From positions 64,001 through 128,000 of IMG/VR virus record IMGVR_UViG_3300047557_001530: a DNA stretch of 64,000 bases. One strand, 5' to 3'. Position 1 is the stretch's first letter; every line of letters begins with the position of its first letter. Positions 10,746 to 19,247 of the stretch are shown here, one piece after another. This DNA is from a virus. The notes beneath the pieces were generated by a model. The model saw nothing but the letters and a program-made list of their open reading frames with translations, had not been told where the DNA came from and did not search any database. Both the position numbers and the translations under genes were made by a program.

Positions 10746-12929
10746 ATGCCCGTTGTTAACCACGAAGTCAAAGGTACTCTTGCCAAACTGCTGGCAACGG
10801 AGAACCTCATCATTGAGCACAAGAAGGTGCCTACAGCATGTTTTGATGTGCAACGCCGTGTCCTGACCCTGCCGATCTGGGACAGGGCTTCTGGGGTCGT
10901 ATACGACCTTCTGGTGGGGCATGAGGTTGGACATGCTCTCTACACCCCGAACGAAGATTGGCGAGAGATCGCTGACGTTCCCAAAGATTATGTGAACGTT
11001 GTAGAAGATGCTCGTATCGAAAAACTGATGAAGCGTAAGTTTCCTGGTCTCGCCCGTACTTTCTACAATGGTTATAGCGAACTGAATCGTGATGACTTCT
11101 TCAGTATTGCTGATGAAGATCTTAGTAAACTTACTCTCATTGACCGTATTAATCTTCACTTCAAGATTGGTGCCTATGCTCAGATGCCGTTCAACGAGTT
11201 TGAGCAGCAGTTTGTTGAGATGATTGAAGGTGCAGAAACCTTCCAGCAAGTGCTGACCATCTGTGAACTGATTCACAAATATGTGAAAGAGAAGCAGCAG
11301 GAAGAACTGTCGCTTTCTATTCAATCCAGTTCTGGTCAACAAGGCGGCGGAGATTCTGCTGGACAATCTGATCAACAAATGACCAGTGAAGGGCAAAGCA
11401 TGATCAATCCTGGTAGTGATGCTCAGCAGGAACAAGCTAGCGGTGGTGTCAGTGCTGAAGCACCAGAAGCTCCCATCGGCTCTGGTGGTGGCGGTCCCAA
11501 CGAAGAATTGAACGAAGAAGTTTCTAAAACCCAGCAAGCATTTGATCAGCAAGCAGAAAAGCTGACCAATCACTATGCCAGCGAAACTACTTACATCGAA
11601 CGTCCCCAACTAAAGATGGATGATGTGATTGCTGATTACAAAATCCTTAACGATTACATTAATGCCCACTTCAGTGAAGTTGCTAATGTTTCTCAGTATC
11701 GTGAAAATGCTTTTAAAGAGGTCGATGCTGATTATAAGAAGTATCGTACCGAAGCACAAAAGGAAGTGAACTATCTGGTTAAAGAGTTTGAGATGAAGAA
11801 GTCGGCAGATGCTTACCAGCGTATGTCTACTGCTCGTACTGGTACTCTCGACACCAGCAAACTTCACACCTATAAGTACAACGAAGATTTGTTCCGTAAG
11901 GTTTCTGTGATTCCTGATGGCAAGAATCATGGTCTGGTGTTCGTGCTGGACTGGTCTGGTTCGATGAATGATTATCTGCTTGATACGGTGAAACAACTGC
12001 TGAACCTTGTGTGGTTCTGTAAGAAAGTTCAGATTCCTTTTGAGGTGTATGCTTTTACCTACGAGTGGAGCAACTCTTATGTTGATTCCAACTACAGTGC
12101 TCCCAAGTCTTTGTACAAAAAGCAAGACGGCACTATTGAAGTTCATCGTCGCTTCCGTCTGCTGAACTTTCTGAGTTCTCGTGCCAACAACAAAGTGCTG
12201 GACAACTGTATTCAAAATCTGTGGCGTCTTGCTGCCCGTGAGGATTCCAATTACAATGGTGCTACTTATCATCACTATGGTGTTCCTGCTGGTCTTGATC
12301 TCAGTGGAACTCCTCTTAATGAATCCATCATTGCTCTTCATCAGATCATTCCTCAGTTCAAGACTCGCAACAAACTTCAGAAAGTTAACGTTGTCATTCT
12401 GACTGACGGTGAAGCAAATCATCTAAATTTTGATTTGAATATTCAACGCCCTAATGGTTCTTACAATTACATTGGACAAAACTACATCAGTGGTGGTAAT
12501 GCTCTTCGGGATCGTAAGATCGGTTATGTTTATCGTAACTTTGAAATGGATAACGTGAACAGCAACTTGACTGCTATTCTTCTGGAGAATCTGAAAGATA
12601 ACTTCCCCGAAGTGAATCTGATTGGATTCCGAATCTGCAGTGGCAATAGTTTCTCTTATCTTTATCGGTCTCTTTACAAATCCAATGGCGGTGGAGTTGA
12701 ACCCGATGAAGCCATGAAAGTATGGCGTAAAGAAAAGTCCTATGAAATTAATGGTGCTGGGTATGATGCCCTGTACATGATTTCTTCTCACGACTTGGCA
12801 GTTGACACTACTATGACAGTTGACGAAGAGGCTACTGCTGCTGACATCGGACGGGCATTCCGTACTATGCTCAAGAAGAAGACAACGAACAAGAAGCTCC
12901 TGTCTTCCTTCGCTACCCTGGTCGCTTGA
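10746..12929 (+). CDS. HEXXH metallopeptidase-like + vWA (CobT-like) protein
   Basis: HEVGHALYT and NVVEDARIE at the N-terminus; MIDAS DWSGSM, SGTPL, ILTDGE at the C-terminus; Q/S/G-rich linker. Confidence 0.85.
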   Translation: MPVVNHEVKGTLAKLLATENLIIEHKKVPTACFDVQRRVLTLPIWDRASGVVYDLLVGHEVGHALYTPNEDWREIADVPKDYVNVVEDARIEKLMKRKFPGLARTFYNGYSELNRDDFFSIADEDLSKLTLIDRINLHFKIGAYAQMPFNEFEQQFVEMIEGAETFQQVLTICELIHKYVKEKQQEELSLSIQSSSGQQGGGDSAGQSDQQMTSEGQSMINPGSDAQQEQASGGVSAEAPEAPIGSGGGGPNEELNEEVSKTQQAFDQQAEKLTNHYASETTYIERPQLKMDDVIADYKILNDYINAHFSEVANVSQYRENAFKEVDADYKKYRTEAQKEVNYLVKEFEMKKSADAYQRMSTARTGTLDTSKLHTYKYNEDLFRKVSVIPDGKNHGLVFVLDWSGSMNDYLLDTVKQLLNLVWFCKKVQIPFEVYAFTYEWSNSYVDSNYSAPKSLYKKQDGTIEVHRRFRLLNFLSSRANNKVLDNCIQNLWRLAAREDSNYNGATYHHYGVPAGLDLSGTPLNESIIALHQIIPQFKTRNKLQKVNVVILTDGEANHLNFDLNIQRPNGSYNYIGQNYISGGNALRDRKIGYVYRNFEMDNVNSNLTAILLENLKDNFPEVNLIGFRICSGNSFSYLYRSLYKSNGGGVEPDEAMKVWRKEKSYEINGAGYDALYMISSHDLAVDTTMTVDEEATAADIGRAFRTMLKKKTTNKKLLSSFATLVA

Positions 12930-12930
12930 C

Positions 12931-12983
12931 CAGTTCCCAATCTGTCCACTGGGGGTGGCAACGCCCCCAACCCCTGCTATAAT
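12931..12983 (+). promoter_or_regulatory. Early-type promoter before cobS
   Basis: CAGTT-N6-CTGTCCAC, GC hairpin, then extended -10 TGCTATAAT. Confidence 0.6.
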
Positions 12984-13012
12984 TAACACATCCACAAAGG
13001 AGATTACTCATC

Positions 13013-14146
13013 ATGGCTCGTAAAGCAAACATTGAACAAGAAGCCCTCATCGCTTATATTTCCACTCACTTTGGCGAAGACTTTGGTAGCAACGCTGTAA
13101 TTGCTGCTGCCGAAGAATTTGGTAGTTCGTATCCCACCATCGCCAAGCGTCTTGATCAATACAAGACTGGTCATGGTCGTTGGAACCTGACTGCCCAAGA
13201 TATTGAAAACACTTACAACGCTCCTGCTGCTGAACCTGCTGAGCAAGCAGTTGAGCATGTTGTGATCCACCGTGAAAATCTGATTCCTGATAAAGATGCT
13301 AACTTCGTCAGCTTTGGTAACTTCAGTGATGTTAAGAAAATCATTTCTTCTGGTATTTTCTATCCTGTGTTCATCACTGGTATGTCTGGCAATGGTAAAA
13401 CTTTCGGTGTGGAGCAAGCTTGTGCTCAACTGAAGCGTGAACTGATCCGTGTGAACATCACCATCGAGACTGATGAAGACGATCTGATCGGTGGTTTCCG
13501 TCTGATCAATGGAGAAACTGTGTGGCACAACGGTCCTGTTATCGAAGCTCTTGAGCGTGGTGCTGTTCTGCTGCTTGACGAGATCGACCTTGCTTCTAAC
13601 AAGATCCTGTGCCTTCAGTCGATTCTTGAAGGTAAGGGCGTGTTCCTGAAGAAGACTGGTCGTTATGTGAAGCCTGCCGCTGGGTTTACCATCGTTGCCA
13701 CTGCCAACACCAAAGGTAAGGGTTCTGATGACGGTCGTTTTATTGGCACCAATGTTCTGAACGAAGCGTTCCTTGAGCGATTCGCTCTCACCTTTGAACA
13801 GGATTATCCTGGTCCGAAAACTGAGCAAAAGATTCTTGAGAAACTTTCCAAGAAGCTTGGCTGTCTGGATGAAGAATTCTGTGAGAAGCTTGCTGCTTGG
13901 GCAGACATTATCCGTAAGACTTTCAAGGATGGTGGCGTTGATGAAGTGATCAGCACCCGTCGTTTGTCCCACATCATTCGTGCCTACAGCATCTTCGGCA
14001 AGCGTATGAAAGCGATTCAAGTTTGTGTGAATCGTTTCGATGACGAAACCAAGTCCAGCTTCCTGGAGCTGTATGACAAGATCGACGCTAGCGTTGGTGC
14101 CGATATCAATAACGATGCTCCAGTGGAAGAGAATGAAGAAGCCTGA
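13013..14146 (+). CDS. cobS: CobS-like MoxR-family AAA+ ATPase
   Basis: GMSGNGKT Walker A, LLLDEID Walker B, ATANTKG, NEAFLERF, ISTRRL. Confidence 0.92.
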   Translation: MARKANIEQEALIAYISTHFGEDFGSNAVIAAAEEFGSSYPTIAKRLDQYKTGHGRWNLTAQDIENTYNAPAAEPAEQAVEHVVIHRENLIPDKDANFVSFGNFSDVKKIISSGIFYPVFITGMSGNGKTFGVEQACAQLKRELIRVNITIETDEDDLIGGFRLINGETVWHNGPVIEALERGAVLLLDEIDLASNKILCLQSILEGKGVFLKKTGRYVKPAAGFTIVATANTKGKGSDDGRFIGTNVLNEAFLERFALTFEQDYPGPKTEQKILEKLSKKLGCLDEEFCEKLAAWADIIRKTFKDGGVDEVISTRRLSHIIRAYSIFGKRMKAIQVCVNRFDDETKSSFLELYDKIDASVGADINNDAPVEENEEA

Positions 14147-14300
14147 GTTTCACGGTTACGTTGGTAACATTGCCGTCCTTCGGGACGGCAGTTCCGTCAA
14201 GATTCTTGGTGGACATAATTCAAAACTTTTCGTGAAGACACTTGACGGAACAATCAAAGAGTGCTATCATGAAGATCTACAGTATGTAACGGAGGAATGA
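14133..14300 (+). CDS. Small hypothetical protein (55 aa)
   Basis: MKKPEFHGYVGNIAVLRDG... start overlapping the cobS end. Confidence 0.55.
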   Translation: MKKPEFHGYVGNIAVLRDGSSVKILGGHNSKLFVKTLDGTIKECYHEDLQYVTEE

Positions 14301-14305
14301 TTTAA

Positions 14306-14614
14306 ATGCAATGGAAATACAACGAGGAAAAGATCCTCAAAGACATCGAAGAATATGTAGTCAGTACCTATAATGGTCACTACTGTGGTGATGAAGATGG
14401 TTATTGTGATATTCAAACCATTGATCTGATGGCAGCTAAAGGTCTCGCTGCCCCCTTTTGTCAAGCAAACATCCTTAAGTATGGCAGCCGATATGGCGAC
14501 AAGGATGGGCTTAACAAGCGAGACCTGCTTAAAGTTATTCATTACGCCATGCTGCTACTTCACTTTGATCGTCACTATTCTCGCACTGAAAATGGTCTCC
14601 AGGAGTTTAAATGA
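14306..14614 (+). CDS. DUF3310-like (T7 gp1.7 nucleotide-kinase-like) protein
   Basis: HY...IQTIDL...FCQANILKYGSRYGDKDG...DLLKVIHY pattern. Confidence 0.7.
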   Translation: MQWKYNEEKILKDIEEYVVSTYNGHYCGDEDGYCDIQTIDLMAAKGLAAPFCQANILKYGSRYGDKDGLNKRDLLKVIHYAMLLLHFDRHYSRTENGLQEFK

Positions 14615-15279
14615 ATAAGGTAACGCTTTCTAATCAAACTAAAGAAGTTCTGAAGAACTATTCTACGATCAATGGTTCTATTCTGATTCGGGAAGGCTCC
14701 CAACTAAAGACAATCAATGTTGGGGAAAATCTTATTTCTCAATACGATTGCGAAGAAGTGTTCCCACAAACTTTCGCTATCTATGATCTGAACCAGTTTC
14801 TTGCTGGTCTTTCTTTGTTTCAGAACCCAGTTCTTGAATTTAACAATGCTGAGTATCTGACCATTCGTGGTGATGGGCGTAGTGCAAAATACTATTTCTC
14901 GGATCCAGAGATCACTCTTAAGACTGCTCCTGACCGTAAAGTAAATTTCCCTGGTGCTGATATTGAGTTTTCCATTAGTGGGGATCAACTTGAAGCACTT
15001 CGTAAAGCAGCGAATGTTTATGGCATTCCTGATCTTGTGTTCAAATCTTCTGCTGGTGGTACGGTATCACTGAATTTGTGTGATCGAGAAAATGAAACCA
15101 GCAATGTTTATTCTCAAGAAATTTTTGGGGACAATACAGGTGAATATGAGTTGACGATGAAGATGGAACATGTTAATCTTGTTCCTGGTAACTATGATGT
15201 AAAAATTTCTAGTAAGTTGATTACTGAATGGAAACATAGTCGCCTCCCCCTTGTATATTACATTGCACTTGAACCTTGA
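14611..15279 (+). CDS. g45: Sliding clamp gp45
   Basis: LKNYSTINGSI, FAIYDLNQFL, YYIALEP C-terminus. Confidence 0.95.
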   Translation: MNKVTLSNQTKEVLKNYSTINGSILIREGSQLKTINVGENLISQYDCEEVFPQTFAIYDLNQFLAGLSLFQNPVLEFNNAEYLTIRGDGRSAKYYFSDPEITLKTAPDRKVNFPGADIEFSISGDQLEALRKAANVYGIPDLVFKSSAGGTVSLNLCDRENETSNVYSQEIFGDNTGEYELTMKMEHVNLVPGNYDVKISSKLITEWKHSRLPLVYYIALEP

Positions 15280-16223
15280 TGAATAAGAAATTTTTGTGGG
15301 TGGAAGAGTATCGTCCTCATACTCTTGAGGATTGTATTCTTCCAGTGAATATTAAAAACTCTTTTAAGGGCTTTATCGAGCAGAAGGAAATTCCTAACCT
15401 TCTGCTTTGTGGTTCTGCTGGTGTTGGTAAGACTACTGTTGCTAAAGCAATCTGTGATGAGATTGGTGCTTCCTACATCGTGATCAATGGATCAGATGAG
15501 GGACGCTTCCTGGATACGGTACGAAACAAGGTCAGGCAATTCGCCACAACTGTCTCCTTGACCTCTGGGGCAGCCCACAAGGTCGTCATTATTGACGAGG
15601 CAGACAACACCACTAGTGACGTTCAGCTCTCGCTCAGGACCGCTGTGGAAGAGTTTCATGGTAACTGCCGCTTCATTTTTACTTGCAACTTCCCGAACAA
15701 AATCATTGACCCTCTGCACTCTCGTTGTACGGTAATTGATTTTAAGATTAAGAATGAAGAGGTTGACAAACTTCAAGCGAAGTTCTTTATTCGTCTCAAG
15801 AATATTCTTGATGAGAACAATATTAAATATGATGATAAAGTATTGATCAAATTGATCAGACGTTATTATCCAGATTGGAGGAGATTACTAAATGAAACAC
15901 AGAGACACAGTGCCAACGGATGCATTGATTCTTCTATTCTTATTGACATTGCCGACATTAATCTGGATGATTTGGTCAGGGCATTAAAGAATAAAGAATT
16001 TACTACGGTCAAAAAATGGGTTGTTGATAACATTGACAACGATCCTGCTATTGTCATGAGAAAGATTTACGATGCTCTTTATGATACTCTCAAGGGTCCT
16101 TCTATCCCAGAAGCAGTGCTAATCATCGCCAAGTACATGAGAGACATCAGTATTGTTGCTGATCAAGAGATTAATCTTCTTGCTTGCTTAACTGAAATTA
16201 TGGTGGGATGTGAATTCAAATGA
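15276..16223 (+). CDS. g44: Clamp loader large subunit gp44
   Basis: LWVEEYRP, GSAGVGKTT, IIDEAD, PLHSRC. Confidence 0.97.
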   Translation: MMNKKFLWVEEYRPHTLEDCILPVNIKNSFKGFIEQKEIPNLLLCGSAGVGKTTVAKAICDEIGASYIVINGSDEGRFLDTVRNKVRQFATTVSLTSGAAHKVVIIDEADNTTSDVQLSLRTAVEEFHGNCRFIFTCNFPNKIIDPLHSRCTVIDFKIKNEEVDKLQAKFFIRLKNILDENNIKYDDKVLIKLIRRYYPDWRRLLNETQRHSANGCIDSSILIDIADINLDDLVRALKNKEFTTVKKWVVDNIDNDPAIVMRKIYDALYDTLKGPSIPEAVLIIAKYMRDISIVADQEINLLACLTEIMVGCEFK

Positions 16224-16612
16224 ACAATTTTCAATCAGAAAGTAAAAAATCTGGAGATGAATTTGAGTATTTTGTTGAACAAGATCTTCTTTGCCGTGGA
16301 GGTTTGATTGTTGGAAAAGATTATTGCGTAAAAGAAATTGGCATTGAGCTTGATTATATTGCTGATCTACCAACACGAACTGAATATGTTGAGGCTAAAG
16401 GTGGACATACTGGAGGTAAAAAACGACCAGGAGCACAACGTACTGACAATGTTAAAAAGGCGGTATGTAATGGTGCTTTGTTAAAGCATATTAATAAATC
16501 TGCATATTATGTAATCTATTTTTCTGCCCCACCAAAGCCAAATAGTTATTCCTATAATATGATTGAAACTGCTCTTGAAGCTGGTTATGTTGACGAGGTT
16601 CGTTACCTATGA
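16220..16612 (+). CDS. PD-(D/E)XK nuclease-like protein
   Basis: GDEFE ... ELDYIA ... YVEAKGG pattern. Confidence 0.6.
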   Translation: MNNFQSESKKSGDEFEYFVEQDLLCRGGLIVGKDYCVKEIGIELDYIADLPTRTEYVEAKGGHTGGKKRPGAQRTDNVKKAVCNGALLKHINKSAYYVIYFSAPPKPNSYSYNMIETALEAGYVDEVRYL

Positions 16613-16869
16613 AAATAAAATCTACATCTATAAAAATAAAAACTACTCCCGAAAATGTTCGGGAAGCTAACGAAGGATTATTTCGTTCCACAATGAATTT
16701 GCCAAATGCGGCACAGCATTGTGGGATGACTCAGAAAGAAATGAAAATGACTTTTAGAGAATTTCTTAAATACAATTTGCCTGACTATGACACTACGGGA
16801 ACTGGCACTGTGCTGAACCACGGGGCTCAGTACCCGTTTATGATTGATGAAACCGAAGGAGGAATTTAA
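16609..16869 (+). CDS. Hypothetical protein
   Basis: Coupled ORF; MNLPNAAQHCGMTQKEMKMTF short helical motif. Confidence 0.65.
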   Translation: MKIKSTSIKIKTTPENVREANEGLFRSTMNLPNAAQHCGMTQKEMKMTFREFLKYNLPDYDTTGTGTVLNHGAQYPFMIDETEGGI

Positions 16870-16871
16870 TT

Positions 16872-17009
16872 ATGCGTTGCCGTGTTCAACTCTATGTCGC
16901 TGGTAAAGTCTTCAACGAAGAAGTAGAAGCTCGTAATTACGAAGAAGCAAAAGAAACTGCTCTTGCTAGGAATCCAAACGCCAAAGTTATGGGTGTAACT
17001 GCAGTATGA
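16872..17009 (+). CDS. Small hypothetical protein (45 aa)
   Basis: Manually read MRCRVQLYVAGKVFNEEVEARNYEEAKETALARNPNAKV; GGAGG SD; stop overlaps g62 ATG. Confidence 0.7.
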   Translation: MRCRVQLYVAGKVFNEEVEARNYEEAKETALARNPNAKVMGVTAV

Positions 17010-17392
17010 AGTATGAGTTAAAAGATTATCTTAACGCAATTAATCAATCAAAAAAGAAACTTCTTGATGATGATCAAGAAGCGGTAAAAGGCTATCCATC
17101 TTTTATCATTAATAAATGCTTGTCTTCATTTACAGATACTGTTCTGTATGCTAACGAGATGAACAAGAATGCTCATCTAGACAAGAAACTTCAGTTTGAC
17201 TTCTATATAAATAGTTTGAAACCAAGGAAACGTTTTAGTCCCTGGGTTAAAAAACAAACACTTGAGAATCTTGAATTGGTGAAAGAGTATTATGGCTATA
17301 GTCATAACAAAGCTTTAGAAGCATTACAAATTCTCACAACTGATCAACTTGAAGCTATCAAAAAAGCATTGTATAAGGGTGGAACAAAATGA
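17006..17392 (+). CDS. g62: Clamp loader small subunit gp62
   Basis: LKDYLNAIN, YPSFIINKCLS, KPRKRFSPW, VKEYYGYS. Confidence 0.93.
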   Translation: MKYELKDYLNAINQSKKKLLDDDQEAVKGYPSFIINKCLSSFTDTVLYANEMNKNAHLDKKLQFDFYINSLKPRKRFSPWVKKQTLENLELVKEYYGYSHNKALEALQILTTDQLEAIKKALYKGGTK

Positions 17393-17808
17393 CAACTGAT
17401 ATTGAAATCCAGTGGCAGCAATCTGATATGGTAGAGGTTTCTCTGGCTGAGCCAGACGACTTTTTGAAAGTTCGTGAAACCCTTACGAGAATTGGTGTTG
17501 CTTCACGTAAAGAAAAAAAGATCTATCAATCTTGCCACATTCTTCATAAGCAAGGTAGATACTATATTGTTCACTTTAAAGAATTGTTTGCTCTCGATGG
17601 AAAGCATACCAATCTTTCATTGAATGATGTTCAGCGTAGAAATCGTATTATTCAATTACTTTCTGATTGGGGTCTCATTACTGTAGTAACGCCAGAAAAA
17701 ATTGAAGACGTTGCTCCGCTCAATCAAATTAAAGTACTCTCTTTTAAAGAGAAAGATGAGTGGACTTTGGAAAGTAAGTATAACATTGGTAGAAAGAAAC
17801 CAGAATGA
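17389..17808 (+). CDS. regA: Translational repressor RegA
   Basis: PDDFLKVRETLTRIGVAS, QSCHILHKQGRYYIVHFKELFALDG. Confidence 0.98.
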   Translation: MTTDIEIQWQQSDMVEVSLAEPDDFLKVRETLTRIGVASRKEKKIYQSCHILHKQGRYYIVHFKELFALDGKHTNLSLNDVQRRNRIIQLLSDWGLITVVTPEKIEDVAPLNQIKVLSFKEKDEWTLESKYNIGRKKPE

Positions 17809-17933
17809 GAACAGTCAAGGTTCAATTTCTAACCCCAGATAAACGTGTGGTTTGGATTTTGGTTCCTTGGGGTAAAGCTCATTTGGATTGGTATCGTCAT
17901 CGTGGATACACGATACTGATGACCGAACAATAA
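17805..17933 (+). CDS. Small hypothetical protein (42 aa)
   Basis: Manually read MRTVKVQFLTPDKRVVWILVPWG..., ATGA overlap with regA, followed by a terminator-like hairpin. Confidence 0.5.
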   Translation: MRTVKVQFLTPDKRVVWILVPWGKAHLDWYRHRGYTILMTEQ

Positions 17934-18034
17934 TGGTGGGGCAATCCGCCCTGCCATTTTTTATGATCTGTGCTAAATTATATTGGATGCCTTCGGGGTC
18001 CTAAAACAAACTCGCTTATTTAAGGAGAACAAAA

Positions 18035-18529
18035 ATGAATACACAAGCAAAATATACTTGGGATATTTACTCCCCATTTTCTGTAGGATTGGATGATATT
18101 TTTAATCGTCTTGATACCATCAGTAATCACGGCACAAATTATCCTCCCTACAATTTAATCAAAAATGATTCAAGCAATTACGAAATTGAAATTGCTCTTG
18201 CAGGATTTAAAGCAGATGAGATCGAAGTCTCTACAGAACAAAACATTCTCAGAGTTGCCTCAAAAATTGAGAAACGAGATACTGAACGAACCTACCTCCA
18301 CAAAGGATTGTCCAAACGTTCTTTCAGTAATTCCTGGCAACTTGCAGATGATGTCAAAATAGCATCAGTTGATTTCGTTGATGGTCTGTTGACGATCTCT
18401 TTGGAAAAAATTATTCCAGAGGAAAAAAAGAAAACTGTCTACAACATTGGACGAACTGTAAGTGCCCCAAAGTTTTTAACAGAAGATCGAAATTCAAATT
18501 TCCCTGGAGAAAACACGATCAATAAATAA
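18035..18529 (+). CDS. hsp20: Small heat shock protein Hsp20
   Basis: YPPYNLIK, IEIALAGF, YLHKGLSKRSF, DGLLTISLEKIIPE. Confidence 0.95.
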   Translation: MNTQAKYTWDIYSPFSVGLDDIFNRLDTISNHGTNYPPYNLIKNDSSNYEIEIALAGFKADEIEVSTEQNILRVASKIEKRDTERTYLHKGLSKRSFSNSWQLADDVKIASVDFVDGLLTISLEKIIPEEKKKTVYNIGRTVSAPKFLTEDRNSNFPGENTINK

Positions 18530-18637
18530 TTTGGGGCTACCCAAATATCGTCGTCGCACAGGCAAGAGCTGGTCAGAATCAGCACTTGCCTTTTTTTCTT
18601 TGGTGTGGTATAATGTCAGCACCCTAACGTCTATTAA

Positions 18638-18964
18638 ATGGATAACACAGTAATAGTAGTTTTAAAAAATGGCACTCAAGTTATTTGCAATCTAAAGGAA
18701 GTTTTTGAAGGTGAAGATGAAAGCAGAAAAGGATTGTGCTTGTTGATGATTCATCCTTATACTTTAGAACTTGTTCAGACATATGATCAACAAAATAGTT
18801 CTGGAAATGTTCAAGTTAGATTTGATAAGTGGTGTCCATATAGCCCAGATACTGAATTTAAAATTCCTTATGATGCTGTAATGGCTATAGGTTCGTGCGA
18901 TCCTACTTTAGTGGATGCATATAATTCTAAAATTTCTACATTAACAAAACAAGATCATGAATGA
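18638..18964 (+). CDS. Hypothetical protein (Sm-like)
   Basis: ORF after a TTGCCT-N17-TATAAT promoter; usual position before g43. Confidence 0.7.
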   Translation: MDNTVIVVLKNGTQVICNLKEVFEGEDESRKGLCLLMIHPYTLELVQTYDQQNSSGNVQVRFDKWCPYSPDTEFKIPYDAVMAIGSCDPTLVDAYNSKISTLTKQDHE

Positions 18965-19247
18965 AACAATTAAATTAATCCGATTTGATGGAGTATGGAT
19001 CGTTTCAGAAGTTGAAGAAATTCCTGATGTGGAGTTTGGAGACCCAGACTGTGTGCTAAAATACCCGTATGAAGTGGAAGGGAAATGCTTGGGTCCCTTC
19101 CCGCCACACTCTAGAGAACGTGAGTTCATCGTGAGATCGTCTGAAATCAGTTTAATTACTGAACCTACAGACTTTTTATATAATCTATATCGTGCTTCTG
19201 TCGATATGGAAACCCATGTACCTCCTGCTGAAGAATCTGAAGAATGA
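18957..19247 (+). CDS. Hypothetical protein
   Basis: GDPDCVLKYPY motif, coupled to g43. Confidence 0.7.
   Translation: MNETIKLIRFDGVWIVSEVEEIPDVEFGDPDCVLKYPYEVEGKCLGPFPPHSREREFIVRSSEISLITEPTDFLYNLYRASVDMETHVPPAEESEE

Noticed and set aside
10716-14020. Long minus-strand ORFs (297, 270, 190, 338 aa) opposite the vWA-peptidase and cobS genes
   Set aside because: Antisense shadows caused by codon bias of the real genes; no motifs, SD or promoters
13013-14146. Cobalamin biosynthesis role for cobS
   Set aside because: No cobN or other cob genes in the window; MoxR-vWA chaperone context is more parsimonious
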